Positions 55,683 through 58,075 of a stretch of 58,075 nt of DNA are shown here, piece by piece. Position 1 is the stretch's first letter. Every line of letters starts with the position of its first letter. A model generated the notes under the pieces. It ran no database searches, was not told the origin of the DNA, and was given only the letters and a program-made list of their open reading frames with translations. A program made the translations under genes and the position numbers. This DNA is from an uncultured Halobacteriales archaeon (GTDB taxonomy: Archaea > Halobacteriota > Halobacteria > Halobacteriales > SW-7-71-33), in the NCBI GenBank assembly GCA_964402765.1, contig CAYODS010000001.1, positions 1 through 58,075 on the forward strand, written 5' to 3'.

Positions 55683-56347
55683 CCGGGACCTCCACCGCGC
55701 CCGAGGACGAGGGGCCCCGCCTGACGGTGTACGCCGACTACGTCTGTCCGTTCTGTCGGCTCGGGAACGCGACGCTGGGACGCTACCTCGACCGGCGGGT
55801 CGAGCGAGGACTCCCGCCCGCCACGGTGACGTGGCGCCCGTTCGACCTCCGGTCGGACGAGCGGGGACCTGACGGCACGGTACCGCCCGGCGCCGGCGAG
55901 CAGAAGCGGGCGTACGTGCAGTCGCGCTGGTCCGAGGTCCAGACGCTCGCAGACCGGTACGACGTGGCGATGCGGATAGACGTCGACCGCTACCTGCAGG
56001 TGGACTCGCGCAACGCCCAACTCGTCGCCCTGGGACTGCAGCGCGACGGCGGGCGGTTCCGCCCGTTCCACGACGCCGTCTTCGAGGCGCTGTGGACCGA
56101 GACCCGCGACGTCGGCGACCCCGAGGTGCTCCGTTCGCTCGCCGCCGACGTGGGGGTCGACCCCGACCGCGTCGACGACTACCTCGCCGACGCCGACCTC
56201 GCCGAGCGGTTCGAGCGCGCCCCGCAGCGAGCCGCGGCGGAGGGCGTCCGGGGCGTGCCGACGCTCGTCCACGACGGCGAGACCGTCTACGGCTCCCGCT
56301 CGGTCGAGGAGTACCGCGCGCTGATCGAGGGCGACGGCACCGGGTGA
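55679..56347 (+). CDS. DsbA-family thiol oxidoreductase
   Basis: LTVYADYVCPFCRLG is a CxxC thioredoxin-fold motif, and the C-terminal GVRGVPTLV is typical of DsbA/FrnE-like proteins. The GTG start overlaps the upstream stop (GTGA). Confidence 0.85.
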   Translation: MTGTSTAPEDEGPRLTVYADYVCPFCRLGNATLGRYLDRRVERGLPPATVTWRPFDLRSDERGPDGTVPPGAGEQKRAYVQSRWSEVQTLADRYDVAMRIDVDRYLQVDSRNAQLVALGLQRDGGRFRPFHDAVFEALWTETRDVGDPEVLRSLAADVGVDPDRVDDYLADADLAERFERAPQRAAAEGVRGVPTLVHDGETVYGSRSVEEYRALIEGDGTG

Positions 56348-56519
56348 GTCACGTCTCGGTCGAGAGCGTGCACGCAGGGGGTCCCGCCCGGGGACCAGAC
56401 CGGAACGGCGCCGTCTCTCGGGTGGGGTCCGAACGCCCGGCGATCCACTTCGAGGTCGGGAAGTGACTTCGATCCCCCGAACGTGAACGCACTTGTCGGG
56501 CGCGACCGACGCGTCGGTC

Positions 56520-56987
56520 ATGGAGCACGTCTCCATCGACGAGGTCGAGCCGACGGCGATGGGCGCGGAGATCGACCGCCGTGGCCTGTCCGACCCGCTG
56601 GACACCGACGAATTGGCGCTGAACCACTACCGTCTGGAGCCCGGCGAGCGGCTCTCGGGCGCGGTCCACACGCACATGGACCAGGAGGAGGTGTTCGTCG
56701 TCGTCGAGGGCGAGGCCACCTTCGAGCGACCGGCGGCGGACGACCTCACGGTCGGGGCGGGTGAGGCGGTCCGGTTCGCCCCCGGCGAGTACCAGTCCGG
56801 CGTGAACGACGGCGACGGGGAACTGCGCGTGTTCGGACTCGGGGCGCCCCGCGACAGCGAGGATGTCCGCGTGCCGGGGGAGTGCCCGGAGTGTGGCCAC
56901 GGGAACCTCCGGATCGTCCCCCGCGAGAGCGGCGAGGGGTTCGACAACGTCTGCCCGGAGTGTGGCACGGAGGTCGCCGGGGAGTGA
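56520..56987 (+). CDS. cupin-domain protein with C-terminal zinc ribbon
   Basis: LSGAVHTHMDQEEVFVVVEGEATFE is a cupin motif. CPECGHG...CPECG is a zinc ribbon. Start at ATG 56520 (MEHVSIDEVE). Confidence 0.8.
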   Translation: MEHVSIDEVEPTAMGAEIDRRGLSDPLDTDELALNHYRLEPGERLSGAVHTHMDQEEVFVVVEGEATFERPAADDLTVGAGEAVRFAPGEYQSGVNDGDGELRVFGLGAPRDSEDVRVPGECPECGHGNLRIVPRESGEGFDNVCPECGTEVAGE

Positions 56988-57122
56988 GCGCCGCCACGCC
57001 GCCGGCGTGAGTCCGGAGTCCTGGTCGTCTGCGACGCCAGCAACGACCCACGCCGCCGACGGCCGGGGCGGCCCGTCACGCTGGCCGAACCTTTCTTGCA
57101 CCGCCCGGTCCGAGCGACCGCC

Positions 57123-57632
57123 GTGAGTTCTGGTGACGGTGCCGACGGCGTCCGGCGGCGGGACCCGCTGGAGACGCTCGTGTCCGTCGGGCAGACGGTG
57201 GTGAGCAGGGTCGTCAACCCGGTGATGGTCCGACTGCTGCGCTCGCGCCTTCACGGCCTGGTCAGCGACGGGACGCTGCTTCTGACCGTGACGGGCCGCC
57301 GGAGCGGCCGGGAGTACACGTTCCCGGTGAACTACGAGCAGGAGGACGACCGCCTGTCCGTCACGAGCACGAACACGAACTGGTGGAAGAACCTCCGTGA
57401 CGGGGGTCAGACGGTCGAGGTGGTGCTCCGCGGCGAGCGCCGCACGGGCCACGCCGAGGTCCACGAGGACGCCGAGTCCGTCGCGGCGTACGTCCACGAC
57501 CGCCTGCGACGCGACGGCGTCGACGCCGACGGGGACTTCATGCTGCGGGTCGACGGCGACACCGTCCCCGAGGAGGCGACGCTGCGTGCACACGTGGACC
57601 ACCTCGTGCTCGTGACGATCGACCTGGACTGA
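57123..57632 (+). CDS. nitroreductase/deazaflavin-dependent-oxidoreductase-like (DUF385-type) protein
   Basis: LLLTVTGRRSGREYTFPVNY...WWKNLRDGG matches the DUF385/PNPOx-like pattern. The start is uncertain (GTG 57123 chosen, TTG 57096 in the ORF track). Confidence 0.6.
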   Translation: MSSGDGADGVRRRDPLETLVSVGQTVVSRVVNPVMVRLLRSRLHGLVSDGTLLLTVTGRRSGREYTFPVNYEQEDDRLSVTSTNTNWWKNLRDGGQTVEVVLRGERRTGHAEVHEDAESVAAYVHDRLRRDGVDADGDFMLRVDGDTVPEEATLRAHVDHLVLVTIDLD

Positions 57633-57640
57633 CACCCGAC

Positions 57641-57991
57641 TCACAGCGTCGCCTGACCGGCGTACACCCGCCAGTCACCGCCGTCGGCCAGGTCGCGGTC
57701 GTACCCGTACCGCTCCGGTGGCTCGACGCCCCACGCCCGCAGTCGGCGCTCGACGCCGTCGACGACCGTCGCGACGAACGAGCCGTGCGCCCGGAGGTGG
57801 TCGTGGACCCGGGTGTGCTGGAGGTGGAACTCCACGGGCGTCTCGCCCGCCCGGAGCGCGTCGTCGTCGACCGGTACCGACAGTCGCAGGTCCGACCGCA
57901 GCGACGCCTCGACCGGCCGGGGGTCGCCGACGAGCAGCCCCTCGCCGAGGTCGTCGATCGCCGACAGCACCTCGTCGGGGACGTGGTTCAT
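57641..57991 (-). CDS. hypothetical protein (116 aa)
   Basis: ATG-initiated acidic ORF. Its ATG overlaps the stop of the upstream gene (ATGA), which implies an operon. Confidence 0.6.
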   Translation of the reverse strand: MNHVPDEVLSAIDDLGEGLLVGDPRPVEASLRSDLRLSVPVDDDALRAGETPVEFHLQHTRVHDHLRAHGSFVATVVDGVERRLRAWGVEPPERYGYDRDLADGGDWRVYAGQATL

Positions 57992-58075
57992 CGGTCCCAG
58001 TCGCGGTCGCGATCGCCGCCGGCGTGGTTGTCCCCGCCGTGGTGGTCGCCGTCCTCGCCGGCGTGGTCACCGTCG
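57988..58075 (-). CDS. 3' end of a gene with a His/Asp/Gly-rich C-terminus (5' part outside the window)
   Basis: The frame ending at TGA 57988-57990 reads ...DGDHAGEDGDHHGGDNHAGGDRDRDWDR. Only 29 codons are visible. Confidence 0.35.
   Translation of the reverse strand, partial: DGDHAGEDGDHHGGDNHAGGDRDRDWDR

Noticed and set aside
1-58075. Search for tRNA, rRNA, transposases, integrases, prophage or cas genes.
   Set aside because: I found no T-loop/acceptor-type sequences, no rRNA-like stretches and no ORF with transposase, integrase or Cas motifs while reading both strands. Absence cannot be proven without tRNAscan, Infernal or HMM runs.

Overview
This is very GC-rich DNA that encodes a strongly acidic proteome with many Tat/lipobox signal peptides, which fits a haloarchaeal (class Halobacteria) chromosome. 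I did not compute the exact GC value. I can support about 60 tightly packed genes. I saw no rRNA, tRNA, CRISPR array, transposase or integrase. Many starts have an AT-rich TATA-like element 24-33 nt upstream, which suggests leaderless mRNAs, and I used this to choose start codons.

The core of the window (6.7-20.4 kb) is a complete chemotaxis cluster. cheW is divergent from cheY-cheB-cheA, followed by cheC, a double-domain cheC, cheD and cheR, and the cluster converges on a two-TM methyl-accepting transducer. A second transducer with six TM helices and conserved histidines (Htr8-like) lies at 29.8 kb.

Other recognisable genes:
- aIF5A and agmatinase
- a Xi-class GST, Nif3 and MscS
- a PotABCD-like ABC importer and two ABC-2 exporters, one behind an HxlR-type regulator
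- an RPE65-type carotenoid oxygenase, CapA and a halorhodopsin
- a divergent pair of a SAM methyltransferase and an MJ0619/Tes-like radical SAM enzyme
- several Tat lipoproteins and pilin-like proteins

The most unusual points:
- cheA is a giant 1599-codon gene. Its P1-to-P3 spacer is a threefold repeat of a P2-like module plus an acidic motif, with an embedded helix-hairpin-helix domain.
- Two unannotated paralogous micro-ORFs (38 and 28 aa) each have their own promoter.
- A V4R-domain gene is interrupted by an in-frame TGA where I recall family members carrying Trp.
- An ACTTCGA motif clusters in three intergenic regions around the HxlR regulator.
- A 460-bp intergenic spacer is rich in repeats.
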